Assembly (NCBI GenBank): GCA_965219995.1
Contig: CBDCOX010000002.1
Location: forward strand, 2,496,001 to 2,560,000
DNA: 64,000 nt
Source: Candidatus Latescibacterota bacterium
GTDB taxonomy: Bacteria > Latescibacterota > UBA2968 > GCA-2709665
Reading direction: 5' to 3'
The notes below the pieces were generated by a model that saw only the letters and a program-made list of their open reading frames with translations, made no database searches and had not been told where the DNA came from. The position numbers were made by a program, and so were the translations under genes. Shown piece by piece: positions 51,338 to 60,796 of this stretch. How positions within the stretch are numbered: position 1 is the first letter of the stretch; every line of letters starts with the position of its first letter.

Positions 51338-51837
51338 CGCAAGATCTCGGAGATTTCGGCGTTTCCTGAGTGAGGAAGGAGGACTCGGATCAGATCATCC
51401 CGTTCGAGGCTCGTCTTCCGAGGCCCGAGATCTCTCCGAATTTGGAAGACGAAGTCGGCCATCAGCTTCTGGGGCTCCTCGATCTTGCTCCTCTTCGTTT
51501 CGGGGAGAGCCTCGCACATCGATGCCGCAAACATCAGTTTGCTGAAAGAACGGATGAGATCATCAGAAGCCGTGATCGCGAACTCGTACAGCGCGAGATT
51601 GTACTCGGCTGAATCGGCAGTGCCTGCTAGCGCTTGGACTGGATCTTGGCCCGCACGGGCCGCCGCCAAAGCGGTTGCCCAGGGCCGGAGGAGTTCTCGG
51701 TAGAGCGGGGTCCTCGCCTCGCGGAGTGCTCTCGCTTCCTCACGGCGCCTCTGCGCTCGGCGATCCAGCCACTGATTGATCATAGTGACCAATCCACCGC
51801 CGCCCAGAGCACCTACGACCAACTCCATTACATCCAT
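51334..51837 (-). CDS. Hypothetical protein with N-terminal TM helix and helical cytoplasmic domain
   Basis: LVVGALGGGGLVTMINQWLDRRAQRRREE..RTPLYRELL..IRRDLG. Confidence 0.65.
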   Translation of the reverse strand: MDVMELVVGALGGGGLVTMINQWLDRRAQRRREEARALREARTPLYRELLRPWATALAAARAGQDPVQALAGTADSAEYNLALYEFAITASDDLIRSFSKLMFAASMCEALPETKRSKIEEPQKLMADFVFQIRRDLGPRKTSLERDDLIRVLLPHSGNAEISEILR

Positions 51838-52145
51838 AGGGCCACACCTCGTTTCTCTTTCGCACAAGTTAGTGGGACAATCCCGTAGTGGCCTCAGCCG
51901 ACCAGACTATAAGCGACTCCAGCCGGTACTGTAACCCGTGATAACCTTGCCTGCCCCTACAGCCTTTGAACCCGTCAGCGTAGACGGATTGGCTTGTTCG
52001 CCGTGTGGTCCGCAAAGAACTCCTGTAGTGAGTGATCCTGAGTGGGATTTGGAGAGAAGTTCTCATTGACCTGCTAACGCTAACGAGAATATTGTTGTCT
52101 TGAGATCGCCCCAACCGGAAGACCAAGAATCCATACGTCTTGTCT

Positions 52146-52789
52146 TCACAGATGAAGCCCTTGTCCGATAGTTGGCGATGAGCCGGGTGACGCCGGAAGT
52201 AGACCTCCCACTACATCCCCTCGTATCATTGAAAGCTGAAACTCGCCGTTGGCCAAATCGATTTCTGCTGGGACGAAGTAGACGTTGGAGGGCAGTCGAT
52301 GCAGCGACCCGAAGTCGCGCTCGGCTTCTCTTCTCACTCGCGCATCGTCAACGGTGAGGATACTATGGGCAATGATGTCTCGCGGACCGATCAGGCCTTT
52401 CCACGACATAGTGTCTCCTGTGGTCTCGGCCGGCAACTCATGGATGAGCAACGCGAGGCTTGACTTGCAGGCACGTAGCTTGTTGTCGACCACCTTGATC
52501 GCCTCGCATGTGTCTTCCACGTAATTCTTCAGTGCAGTCAGCAGGTGGGGGACATCTCCCCCACCGAATGCAGACTGGCTATCACTTCAAGAGCCTCGCT
52601 CGAGTTCCGCGCTGCACTTGCCATAAACTCCTCCAAGTGAACACACGTATCAGAAATCTCTTGGTCCGGACCGATCTGCCAAACGATCACGGACCGATCA
52701 GAGAACTCGTGGCGGTCAACGTGTTCCGCACCGTGGCGAAGTAATCTGGTGATCATCCTCTTCCGAGATGAGTTGCTGTCGTTGGCCAT
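52146..52789 (-). pseudogene. HepT/DUF86-like HEPN ribonuclease gene, frameshifted
   Basis: Two ORFs joined by a 1-nt shift near a G5 run (52558-52562); SWKGLIGPRDIIAHSILTVDDARV matches the DUF86 W..GxRxxxxH..VD pattern. Confidence 0.65.
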
Positions 52790-52845
52790 GTTGTAATCTT
52801 CAGAAGATTAGTGGATTTGGCGAGATTTGAACCCGCGCCCGTATA

Positions 52846-54054
52846 GTACCCTTTGACGGCTAAAGCACCGCGTAGTCTGGATACAGTTTTCTTAGTTTGA
52901 TCCGAGCATCGTCGGTCGTGAACCGCCAGTGGACGGCCTTGTTGTTTCGATCATTCGTCAAGGCGGAAGTCTGCTCTTTGAGGGATTCGATATCGGGGAT
53001 GCGTGCCTTAAAGCACTGGTTGCTCAAGACGCTCCGTTCGATCTACGCGATGTTGAGCCAGCTCCCGTGTTTGGACGTGTAGTGAATTTCAAGACGACTG
53101 GCCAAGCGGCGCTCTTCTTCGGGTTAGAACGCCTTGTATAGTGCCGCAGGCGTATGCGTGTTGAGGTTATCACACACCAGGACGACCGTTTCGGCTTCAC
53201 GGTAGTCCGTATCCAGAAGCGCCTTGATCTCCTGCGCTCAGTCGAGTGCGTTCTTGCGTTCTCTTACACACACCTTGCGCCAGCCAGAAAGCGCTTCGGT
53301 GAACATAAAGTTCACGGCAGTTCCGTTCATGCTCGTAGTCGTAGCGTTCAGGTTTTCCCGGACGTGTTTCGACTGGAACACGCGTCTCCCTGACCAACTG
53401 CACCGGGTGTTCGTCCATTGACCACGGGCCTCTGGGCGCCGTACGGCCGCTGACAGACGTCCAGGATATCCTCCATCGCGGCGACAAACGCAGCGTTCTG
53501 TTTGGGCGGAATCACCCAGCACCTTCTCAGGTGAGGCCTAAGTTGGTTTTTTTAGACGTTCGCCGCACCGTCCGGTATCAGATGCTATCGACGATCTCCA
53601 GGGCGACGAGTTCAGTGGCCAAAAGCTCCATCGTCCACCGCTTACGCCCCTTTGGTGGTTCATTGCAAGCCAACGCGATCAATCGGGCTTCCTTCGCACG
53701 ATCCAGCTTTCTTTCGGTGGGAGGATGGGCGCGTTTCTTTCTCTCAAGGCCCGAATTCAGGCCCTCCAACACAAAACGCTTCAGGATGCCCTCAACCGTA
53801 GACCGATTGCACGAAAAAGCCTCCGTGATCTGCGGATCCAGTCAAGCCGGACCCTCTGCATCGGCCTTGAGAGGGACGTGAGCGTGCTTGATTCGGTAGG
53901 CTTGCGTCTTGCCTTTGCTTACCAGGTCCTGCAGTTGCTCGCGTTATTCGGGCGTCAGACGCACAATGTATTTCTTCGGCATGTCGATGGCTCCTTTGTC
54001 TTCAGGGGAGACATCGTACTATAAGCATACGCAGTCTTGGAAGTCAATAGGTAC
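52846..54054 (-). mobile_element. IS630-family element, full length, transposase inactivated (about 52860-53982)
   Basis: TIRs TA-GTACCCTTTGAC / GTCAATAGGTAC-TA, TA duplication; MPKKYIVRLTPE*; PPKGRKRWTMELLA; MDEHPVQL; A7 slippery site at 53547-53553. Confidence 0.9.
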
Positions 54055-54200
54055 TAGGAAGAACCCCATTTTTCTGACAACTGCACCGTCCGAAACTCCA
54101 GAATCGCCGCTTCCAAGTGGCTCCATTATGCCGATCATGGGTGGCCTGATTAGGGTGATCCGCGACAGGTCTGCATAGTTTCGGCAATTTCGGACATAGA

Positions 54201-54232
54201 AGAAGGCACCCACTTTCGCAGGTGCCTTTTTT
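54201..54232 (-). terminator. Terminator hairpin downstream of tRNA-Leu
   Basis: AAGGCACC-cactttcgca-GGTGCCTT with flanking A/T tracts. Confidence 0.7.
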
Positions 54233-54237
54233 CGTTC

Positions 54238-54324
<87 letters not shown>

Positions 54325-54429
54325 GTCATTGATTCATGGGGCGACAAATATCCCAATCGGCACTTAAACTGTCAAGAGGAAACAGGCGTTCGCTCCCGTT
54401 CAAGGGGGATTTTTCAGTCCGTCGGACCG

Positions 54430-54500
54430 CGTTCATTGAACTCGTCGAAATGCGTGTCGCCGATACGCTTAGCCGACCCTTCGACAAGCTCATGATGCGG
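54430..54500. repeat. REP-like inverted pair
   Basis: CATTGAACTCGTCGAAATG...CCCTTCGACAAGCTCA, as at 17078-17180. Confidence 0.7.
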
Positions 54501-54592
54501 CGCAGGTTACACGCTCATCATCGCGAATGCTGACCGCCTGTATAAGGAGCGTACGTGCCGCCCGTCAGGTCCTGCCGGGATCCAGCCTGCCT

Positions 54593-54976
54593 TCAGCCAT
54601 CGAATGCAAGACTCATTGTATGCAGATTGATGATGGCCCCGGATTCTGTAAGGAAATCCATCCCCAAAATCCCATTGATTTCGAAGCCATAATCCATGCC
54701 TCCTATTTCAAGTTCGAAATTAGTCAATTCCTTCTGTCCAACCTGCAAACAATCAACCCGTCGCCTGAATACAACCTCATGTCCACCCACACCGCGAATT
54801 GTGACTATCCGGTCATCAGGCAAAGGAAATATACCGATGGAATCAACCAAATCGGCGGACATTACCGTGCTGGCTGATCCAGTATCGACCAGGACTTGAG
54901 GGATCTCAATAGTTGATCCCCGATAGTCAATAGACACCGATGTAAATGGCAGATCATACCTGCGTACCAGTTGCAT
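54593..54976 (-). CDS. Retropepsin-like (clan AA) aspartyl protease
   Basis: LVDTGSAST, IRGVGG, NGILGMDFL. Confidence 0.88.
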   Translation of the reverse strand: MQLVRRYDLPFTSVSIDYRGSTIEIPQVLVDTGSASTVMSADLVDSIGIFPLPDDRIVTIRGVGGHEVVFRRRVDCLQVGQKELTNFELEIGGMDYGFEINGILGMDFLTESGAIINLHTMSLAFDG

Positions 54977-55235
54977 ACAGCGCACGAAAACCCGACGATT
55001 GTCTTACTTGAATATCAAGTGAATCACGACTGGTATGGAGATAATAATATTCCCGTTCGGGATATTGATGGTGAAGGGTCTGATACCGTTTCATAGCTGT
55101 TTTGCCATCCGGGCATTCTTCAACCACTGTCAGACGATTCAGATGCCGCCGACAATCAGAGGTTGTATGGGCTTCTAATGCCTCAACAATCAGCCACTTA
55201 TCGGGACGGTCTTTGCATATCTCGGGCCAGCGCAT
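54954..55235 (-). CDS. Small hypothetical protein overlapping the aspartyl protease gene
   Basis: MRWPEICKDRPDKWLIVEALEAH...YYLHTSR; 23-nt overlap with the protease gene. Confidence 0.7.
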   Translation of the reverse strand: MRWPEICKDRPDKWLIVEALEAHTTSDCRRHLNRLTVVEECPDGKTAMKRYQTLHHQYPEREYYYLHTSRDSLDIQVRQSSGFRALYATGTQV

Positions 55236-55310
55236 ACAACCTATTCCTCTACAGATAGCGTTGTTTAAATTCCGCCTGACATACAAGCTGTCCGGGCACG
55301 GCAGACGGGG

Positions 55311-55455
55311 CTTTCCTCAGGATGACAGGCCGCGCGAACGCGATTGAGAGGGTACGCCAGGGTTCGCTACCCCCACCGCATCAGCCGTCGCCGCCCTTCG
55401 ACAAGCTCCGGGAACCGGCTCGGCTTCTGCGACTCCCCCTCAAGTGGGGAGTGAT
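55311..55455. repeat. REP-like cluster (TTCCTCAGGATGACA + family A copy 3 at 55370-55455)
   Basis: Shared with 2541, 11241, 11414 and 12043. Confidence 0.85.
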
Positions 55456-55546
55456 CAAACCGTCGAACGTGCTCCCGCCGTTCGGTGCATGCCGCAGGAT
55501 GAAGGAGGAGCGGTTTTACTTTCTGGCAAAACCCAGATGCCGAACG

Positions 55547-56185
55547 CTACGGCCGTCGATCCGCCACGGGAGGCCCGAGAATTTCGTGGTAGATGATCGC
55601 CTTGCGGACAGTTTGCGGTTTGAAATCGAGCTGGATCCTGCGACGGCGGGCTCGACGGCGAGGCGCCGGAACCAGCGGCACGTCCTCCATCACGTCGTCC
55701 GCCGGGGCTTCCGCCGCGGGTTCAGACCCGCCGCGTGGCCGTTCAACCGGCGGACCTCCGCTTTCGGCTGCGCCGGGGCGCCCCTCGTCGGGACGGTCGA
55801 AATCCACCTCCCTGAACTCGACCCCGTCGTACTCCTCACTCACCGGCCGCGCGCCCCGGACTTCCCGAAACTCGATTCCGCCCGGGGGTTCGTCCACGGG
55901 GCGAGCGCCCCGAATCTCCCGGAACTCCTTTCCCGTGGGCGCCTCGCTCACCGGCCGCGTGCCCCTGACCTCTCTGAACTCCCGCCCCGCGGGCGGCTCT
56001 CCGAACGGTTGCGGTTCGGGAAAGACGTCATCCTCGGAAGGGTCGACGTCCGGCCCGCCCAACGGGGGCAGGTCCAGATCCTCCTCCTCCAGTTCCCGAC
56101 CCCGCCGGGCTTCCATGACCTTGTTGATCAGAGAGGAAATCAAGCCCGTCACGATCAGCAGGATGATGGTGAGTTCGAAACTCAT
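55547..56185 (-). CDS. YqfB-like membrane-anchored protein with 18-aa internal repeats
   Basis: N-terminal TM, acidic/Pro-rich body, C-terminal RKAIIYHEILGPP; directly downstream of floA. Confidence 0.7.
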   Translation of the reverse strand: MSFELTIILLIVTGLISSLINKVMEARRGRELEEEDLDLPPLGGPDVDPSEDDVFPEPQPFGEPPAGREFREVRGTRPVSEAPTGKEFREIRGARPVDEPPGGIEFREVRGARPVSEEYDGVEFREVDFDRPDEGRPGAAESGGPPVERPRGGSEPAAEAPADDVMEDVPLVPAPRRRARRRRIQLDFKPQTVRKAIIYHEILGPPVADRRP

Positions 56186-56188
56186 GGC

Positions 56189-57187
56189 TTACGATTCGCT
56201 CCTGTCCGTATCGTTCTCCGCACCCTCCTGGGTGTCCGCGATCCCCTCACGCATCGAGGTATCGGCCTGGATATTCTGCATGCGGTAATAGTCCATCACG
56301 CCCAGGTTGCCGCTGCGGAACGCCTCGGCCATCGCGCGCGGCACCTCGGCCTCGGCCTCTACGACGCGCGCCCGCATCTCCACGACCCTCGCGCTCATCT
56401 CCTGCTCGTGCGCAACCGCCATGGCTCGCCGCTCTTCCGCTTTGGCCCGTGCAATCTTCAGGTCGGCCTCGGCCTGGTCCGTCTGGAGTTTCGCACCGAT
56501 ATTGTCGCCCACGTCCACGTCCGCGATATCGATCGACAGGATCTCGTACGCCGTGCCCGAATCCAGCCCCTTCCCCAGCACGGTTTTCGAAATCAGGTCC
56601 GGATTCTCCAAAACCGCCTTGTGCGTTTCCGAGGATCCGATCGTCGTTACGATCCCTTCGCCAACGCGCGCGACAATCGTTTCTTCGCCGGCCCCGCCGA
56701 CGAGCCGGTCGATGTTGGCGCGCACCGTCACCCGCGACGTGGCCTTGACCTGGATCCCGTCCTTCGCCACGGCCGTGACCATGGGCGTGGAAATCACTTT
56801 GGGATTGACGCTGACCTGGACGGCTTCCAGCACGTTTCGGCCTGCCAGGTCGATGGCCGCCGCCCGCTCCGTGGTGAGATTGATCCCGGCTTTGTCAGCC
56901 GCAATCAGCGCCGTTACCACGTTCTCCACGTGTCCTCCCGCCAGATAATGCGCTTCCAGGAAGGACGTCGGGATCGCCAGCCCCGCCTTGGTGGCGCTGA
57001 TCTGCGATCCCAGGATGATTCGCGGGGGAACGCGCCGCAGGCGCATCCCCACCAGTTCCCCGATGCCGATTCGAACGCGGGCCGCAAGGGCCGAGATCCA
57101 GAGCCCGACCGGTATAAAATAGAAGAAGAGGAACAGTGCAACGATGATTGCGACAACGATGACCAGAAGCAAAACTGCATCGACCAT
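56189..57187 (-). CDS. floA: Flotillin-like protein FloA (YqfA)
   Basis: [44 protein letters not shown]. Confidence 0.95.
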   Translation of the reverse strand: MVDAVLLLVIVVAIIVALFLFFYFIPVGLWISALAARVRIGIGELVGMRLRRVPPRIILGSQISATKAGLAIPTSFLEAHYLAGGHVENVVTALIAADKAGINLTTERAAAIDLAGRNVLEAVQVSVNPKVISTPMVTAVAKDGIQVKATSRVTVRANIDRLVGGAGEETIVARVGEGIVTTIGSSETHKAVLENPDLISKTVLGKGLDSGTAYEILSIDIADVDVGDNIGAKLQTDQAEADLKIARAKAEERRAMAVAHEQEMSARVVEMRARVVEAEAEVPRAMAEAFRSGNLGVMDYYRMQNIQADTSMREGIADTQEGAENDTDRSES

Positions 57188-57236
57188 GATACGACTCCTT
57201 GTATCTGCGAACGATCGGACTCAACCGGGGACGTTT

Positions 57237-57545
57237 CTAGCGGGCGTCCTCGGTCTTTCGAACCACAACCCGGTTGCCTTCGACCTCAACGACTTTGATC
57301 CTGCAATCTCTTTCGATAAACTCCCCGTCGGCAGCCACGTTGACGCGACGCCCGTCGATCAGACCCGTACCGGACGGTCGCAGGGGCGTAGCGGCCACAC
57401 CCTCTTTGCCAAGAAGCGGTTCATGTGTTCCGGTGGCGATGTAGCCGGCGTCTGCCCTTTCGTCGGCGTGGAGAACAAGCCATTTCCACAGCGGAACCGC
57501 AATCGCGACGATAAGGACGAATAGAATCGCAATTCCTTCGACCAT
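57237..57545 (-). CDS. Short NfeD-like protein (one TM + C-terminal OB-fold), recent paralogue of the NfeD C-terminus
   Basis: LLGKEGVAATPLRPSGTGLIDGRRVNVAADGEFI nearly identical to the neighbour's C-terminus. Confidence 0.8.
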   Translation of the reverse strand: MVEGIAILFVLIVAIAVPLWKWLVLHADERADAGYIATGTHEPLLGKEGVAATPLRPSGTGLIDGRRVNVAADGEFIERDCRIKVVEVEGNRVVVRKTEDAR

Positions 57546-57604
57546 ACCACGTCTCCGGTCCAACTTCGGTCGACGGCGCCGAATTTCCCGAATCCCGTCC
57601 GATG

Positions 57605-58948
57605 CTAACCCGTCTCCTCGGATTTGCGGACGACAATCCGGTTGCCCTCGACCTCCACCACCGTGATCCGGCTGTCCCTGTCGATAAATTCGCCGTCCGC
57701 CGCGACATTGACGCGACGCCCGTCGATCAGACCCGTTCCCGAGGGGCGCAGCGGCGTAAAGGCCACCCCCTCTTTGCCAAGAAGCGCTTCATGTTCTCCC
57801 GTGGCGATGTAACCCGCGTCGCTGCGTTCTTCTTCCTGAAGCACCAGCCATTTCCACGCGGACGTGCGCGGCAGCATTTTCAGCATCAGACCGGCGATCA
57901 GAACCGTCGTCAAAAACGCCAGCAATAAGGGCCGGGCGCCGACTCCGACGGACTCCCACGTCCACAGCTCGGGTCGTCCCATCAGGCTCAGGAAGAGACC
58001 GGCAATCATCAGAATGACGCCGGGAACGGCCAGCACTCCGAATCCGACGATGAAAAACAGGTCGGCAATCACCAGAATCACACCGCCCAGAAAGAGAAGC
58101 ACTTCCGTCCAGTCTGCCAGTTGCACCAACAGATGGCTGCCGAAAAACAGACCGAGGCAAATCAGGCCGATCGTGCCGCCGACGCCCCAGCCCGGACTCT
58201 GGATCTCAAAGATCAATCCCAGAAAACCGAGCGACATCAGCAACGAAGCCACAATCGGATGGGTGAGCCAGCGCACGATCTGCTCCGACCAGTTCACGGT
58301 CTGGCGGGTTATCCGCGCCTCGTCCAACTCGTAATACGCCAGTACTGCCCGAAGTTTATCGCCGTCGCCCGTTGCCGTAACCATGGTTTCCGCGATCTTC
58401 TGCGCAACCGCCTCGGTCGTGGTGAGCGTCAGCAGCTTGCCTTTCGGCGCGAGGTCCGCGATATCCACGTCTTCGTCGACCATCGCCTCCGCGAGTTTGG
58501 GCGGGCGGCCCGTCTTCTCGGCGGTCGCCTTCATCTCGTTGCGGAAATAGGAGATCACCTTTTCGCTGGCTTTCTTACCCTGCATGTCCACGGCCGTGGC
58601 CGCGCCGATCGTCCCCCCTTCCACCATGACGATATGCCGTGTGGCCAGTGAAATCAGGGCGCCTGCAGAAATCGCACGGGGGTTGATAAAGGCAATCGTC
58701 TTCACGTCGCTGTAAAGGATCGCGTCCCGGATGACAAGAGCCGCGTCCAGCGCGCCGCCGGGGGTGTCGATTTCGAAGATCACCGCCGACACATCCTCTG
58801 CTTCCGCTTCTTCCATGACCCGCGAGATGAAGGCGGCCAATCCCCCCTCGATGGTACCCTCGATGGGCACGACGTAGACCGAACCTTCCGCCCGGCACAG
58901 GGCCGGTAGAAGCAGGACGAGCGCCAGAACCCGAAGAAAAACGCGCAT
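57605..58948 (-). CDS. nfeD: NfeD family membrane-bound ClpP-like protease (YqeZ)
   Basis: IDTPGG, AISAGALI, TIGAA, KGKLLTLT, TM bundle, C-terminal OB-fold. Confidence 0.92.
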   Translation of the reverse strand: MRVFLRVLALVLLLPALCRAEGSVYVVPIEGTIEGGLAAFISRVMEEAEAEDVSAVIFEIDTPGGALDAALVIRDAILYSDVKTIAFINPRAISAGALISLATRHIVMVEGGTIGAATAVDMQGKKASEKVISYFRNEMKATAEKTGRPPKLAEAMVDEDVDIADLAPKGKLLTLTTTEAVAQKIAETMVTATGDGDKLRAVLAYYELDEARITRQTVNWSEQIVRWLTHPIVASLLMSLGFLGLIFEIQSPGWGVGGTIGLICLGLFFGSHLLVQLADWTEVLLFLGGVILVIADLFFIVGFGVLAVPGVILMIAGLFLSLMGRPELWTWESVGVGARPLLLAFLTTVLIAGLMLKMLPRTSAWKWLVLQEEERSDAGYIATGEHEALLGKEGVAFTPLRPSGTGLIDGRRVNVAADGEFIDRDSRITVVEVEGNRIVVRKSEETG

Positions 58949-59085
58949 GTCGGAGAACTCCCACGGTTTTCGGGAATTATGAGGCATTAACCCCGGTATG
59001 AGTGTACCGTATTCACCCGGGTTTGTCAATGGCTTTCAAGCCGACCGAGGAGGCGCCGGAACCGCGTTCGATGTCGCTTTCCGGC

Positions 59086-59114
59086 TTGACATCAATGCCG
59101 CATGCTTGTATTTT
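59086..59114 (+). promoter_or_regulatory. Sigma70 promoter of tRNA-Met
   Basis: TTGACA-N17-TATTTT. Confidence 0.65.
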
Positions 59115-59132
59115 TAACCCGAGAGTACCGGT

Positions 59133-59208
59133 GGCGGCGTAGCTCAGTTGGCAGAGCAGTGGAATCATAATCCATGGGTCGGGGGTTCAAGTCCCTCCGC
59201 CGCTACCA
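59133..59208 (+). tRNA. tRNA-Met (CAT), elongator type (tRNA-Ile2 not excluded)
   Basis: GGCGGCG/CGCCGCT acceptor, GTGGA-ATCATAA-TCCAT anticodon arm, GGTTCAAGTCC, CCA; lacks the initiator C1:A72 mismatch and 3 G-C pairs. Confidence 0.92.
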
Positions 59209-59337
59209 GATTACCTGCCGCCGGTCCCGGCGGTCTTGTCATTAAACACCAGCCCCCGTGGTATGATGCCCGGGGGCTTGTTTTATTCGCGGTGTATCAG
59301 GCGGACTTCAGACATCTACATCAGTTTACAGACGCCT

Positions 59338-59661
59338 CTATTGTCTTCGCGCGTTTCGACGAATGACTTCCAGATCCTGATGGAGGTCGTCGAGGTCGTA
59401 TTGGAAGGGCACCTTCGAATCACGGGCGTAATCCATCATCTCCCATAAGGACACGCCCGCTTCCCGGGCGGCCCGTGCAAGGGTGAGCTTTCTCTCTCCG
59501 TACAGACGCGCGTAATGTTCCAGCTTCCATTGTTGAATTGCTTTCGACAGCAGACGGCGGACCGTGGTTGAGCGGTCCGACTGCTCGACGTCTTCGATCA
59601 GCTCCAACGCGCGGACCAAATCCGAGGGAAGCCTGGTACCTACCATCTGTTCCAATTTCAT
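59338..59661 (-). CDS. UPF0175 family protein (RHH-type putative antitoxin)
   Basis: VGTRLP...DRSTTVRRLL; YGERKLTLARAAREAGVSLWEM. Confidence 0.8.
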   Translation of the reverse strand: MKLEQMVGTRLPSDLVRALELIEDVEQSDRSTTVRRLLSKAIQQWKLEHYARLYGERKLTLARAAREAGVSLWEMMDYARDSKVPFQYDLDDLHQDLEVIRRNARRQ

Positions 59662-59686
59662 CCTTCAACCTCCCTTGCGAGTCTCA

Positions 59687-60766
59687 TTATTGCTGCCAGG
59701 CGTTGACTTCGTGTTGTAAAAAGGGATGGGAGCAGGGATACCCCTCCGTTGCCCACATGGTCCGCTTGCCGGGACAAATGATGATCCCGCTGTCCGTATG
59801 CAGACCGGCCTGTCCGTGCTGGCAGATCCCGACGGGATCGTCGTGCGTCCGGTACATCCGCGTCAATCCCTCGAGGCTCCTCTCAACCTCTTTTTCCATT
59901 CTTTGGAGCAATGAAATCCGCGCGTGGCTGTTGTCCAGGTACGGCGACGCCGGATCGTCCTTTCCGACAAGCTCCTTACCGAGACAATGGTTGGTCTCCC
60001 ACACCGCGGCATCGGAGCCGGACGGGCGCCTGAGGGTCTGGCCGGCGACGTGCTTTTCCAGAATCGCCACGTCTCCGGTCGCGTCGCCCATCAGCACGCT
60101 CATCCCGTGCATCGGCACCTCGAACCGGGCGCACAAAGCCGCGGCATCCTCAACCGTGCGGCACTGATCCGCCAGCAGAGGCAGAAGGAACAGCACGGGA
60201 ACGCCCCCCTGACGGCGTTCGCATCCGGTCAGCCCCGTCATGCCGAACCCGAACCCGGCCTCGTTGACCGCCGCGGACGTCCAGATCGTGCCGACAAAGT
60301 GCATCTGGACCGACCGCAGTTTCCCCGCGGGCGCCGCCTGATGGACCGCGTTCGCCCCCAGTTCTCTCTTTCCGAGATCGTCGGACTTCCCCAGCCATAC
60401 CTCTCCGGTCCGGTCGGCGAATCCGAAGACGGTGCACGCGGGCGTTACGGTTGCATCCAGATCGAAGACGAGATTGAGCTCGAACACGTCTTCGAACGGC
60501 AGCCCGGCGCCCGCTGCAATTCCCTCTATTTCCCGGACCAACTCGGGAAACAACCTCCCGATCCGCTCCGTCCACAGGTCCACTTTCCGCTTTCGCGCAT
60601 CCGGCTCAAGCCCCGGGCGCCAGCCGCCCTCCCCATCGGCAAAGTCCTCCCTGTACCGATCGATCAGACCCGCGATGCGATCCGACGCGGCGCGGCCGTG
60701 GGCGATCCCCCTCGCGCGCGCGTCGCCTTCGGTCCGGAGATAGAACACAATCACCTCGCAATACAT
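59687..60766 (-). CDS. C45 family Ntn-hydrolase (acyl-CoA:6-APA acyltransferase-like)
   Basis: EIEGIAAGAG, ACT nucleophile site, AVNEAG, ETNH, GYPC. Confidence 0.85.
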   Translation of the reverse strand: MYCEVIVFYLRTEGDARARGIAHGRAASDRIAGLIDRYREDFADGEGGWRPGLEPDARKRKVDLWTERIGRLFPELVREIEGIAAGAGLPFEDVFELNLVFDLDATVTPACTVFGFADRTGEVWLGKSDDLGKRELGANAVHQAAPAGKLRSVQMHFVGTIWTSAAVNEAGFGFGMTGLTGCERRQGGVPVLFLLPLLADQCRTVEDAAALCARFEVPMHGMSVLMGDATGDVAILEKHVAGQTLRRPSGSDAAVWETNHCLGKELVGKDDPASPYLDNSHARISLLQRMEKEVERSLEGLTRMYRTHDDPVGICQHGQAGLHTDSGIIICPGKRTMWATEGYPCSHPFLQHEVNAWQQ

Positions 60767-60796
60767 CCAATTGCGCCTGCAGCCGGCGGAGTACTC

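Noticed and set aside
52810-52840. A third tRNA gene
   Set aside because: Only a T-arm/acceptor-like fragment with no D or anticodon arm; kept only as a possible att scar
55322-57298. 658-aa plus-strand ORF
   Set aside because: Antisense to floA and its partner, and starts inside a REP element
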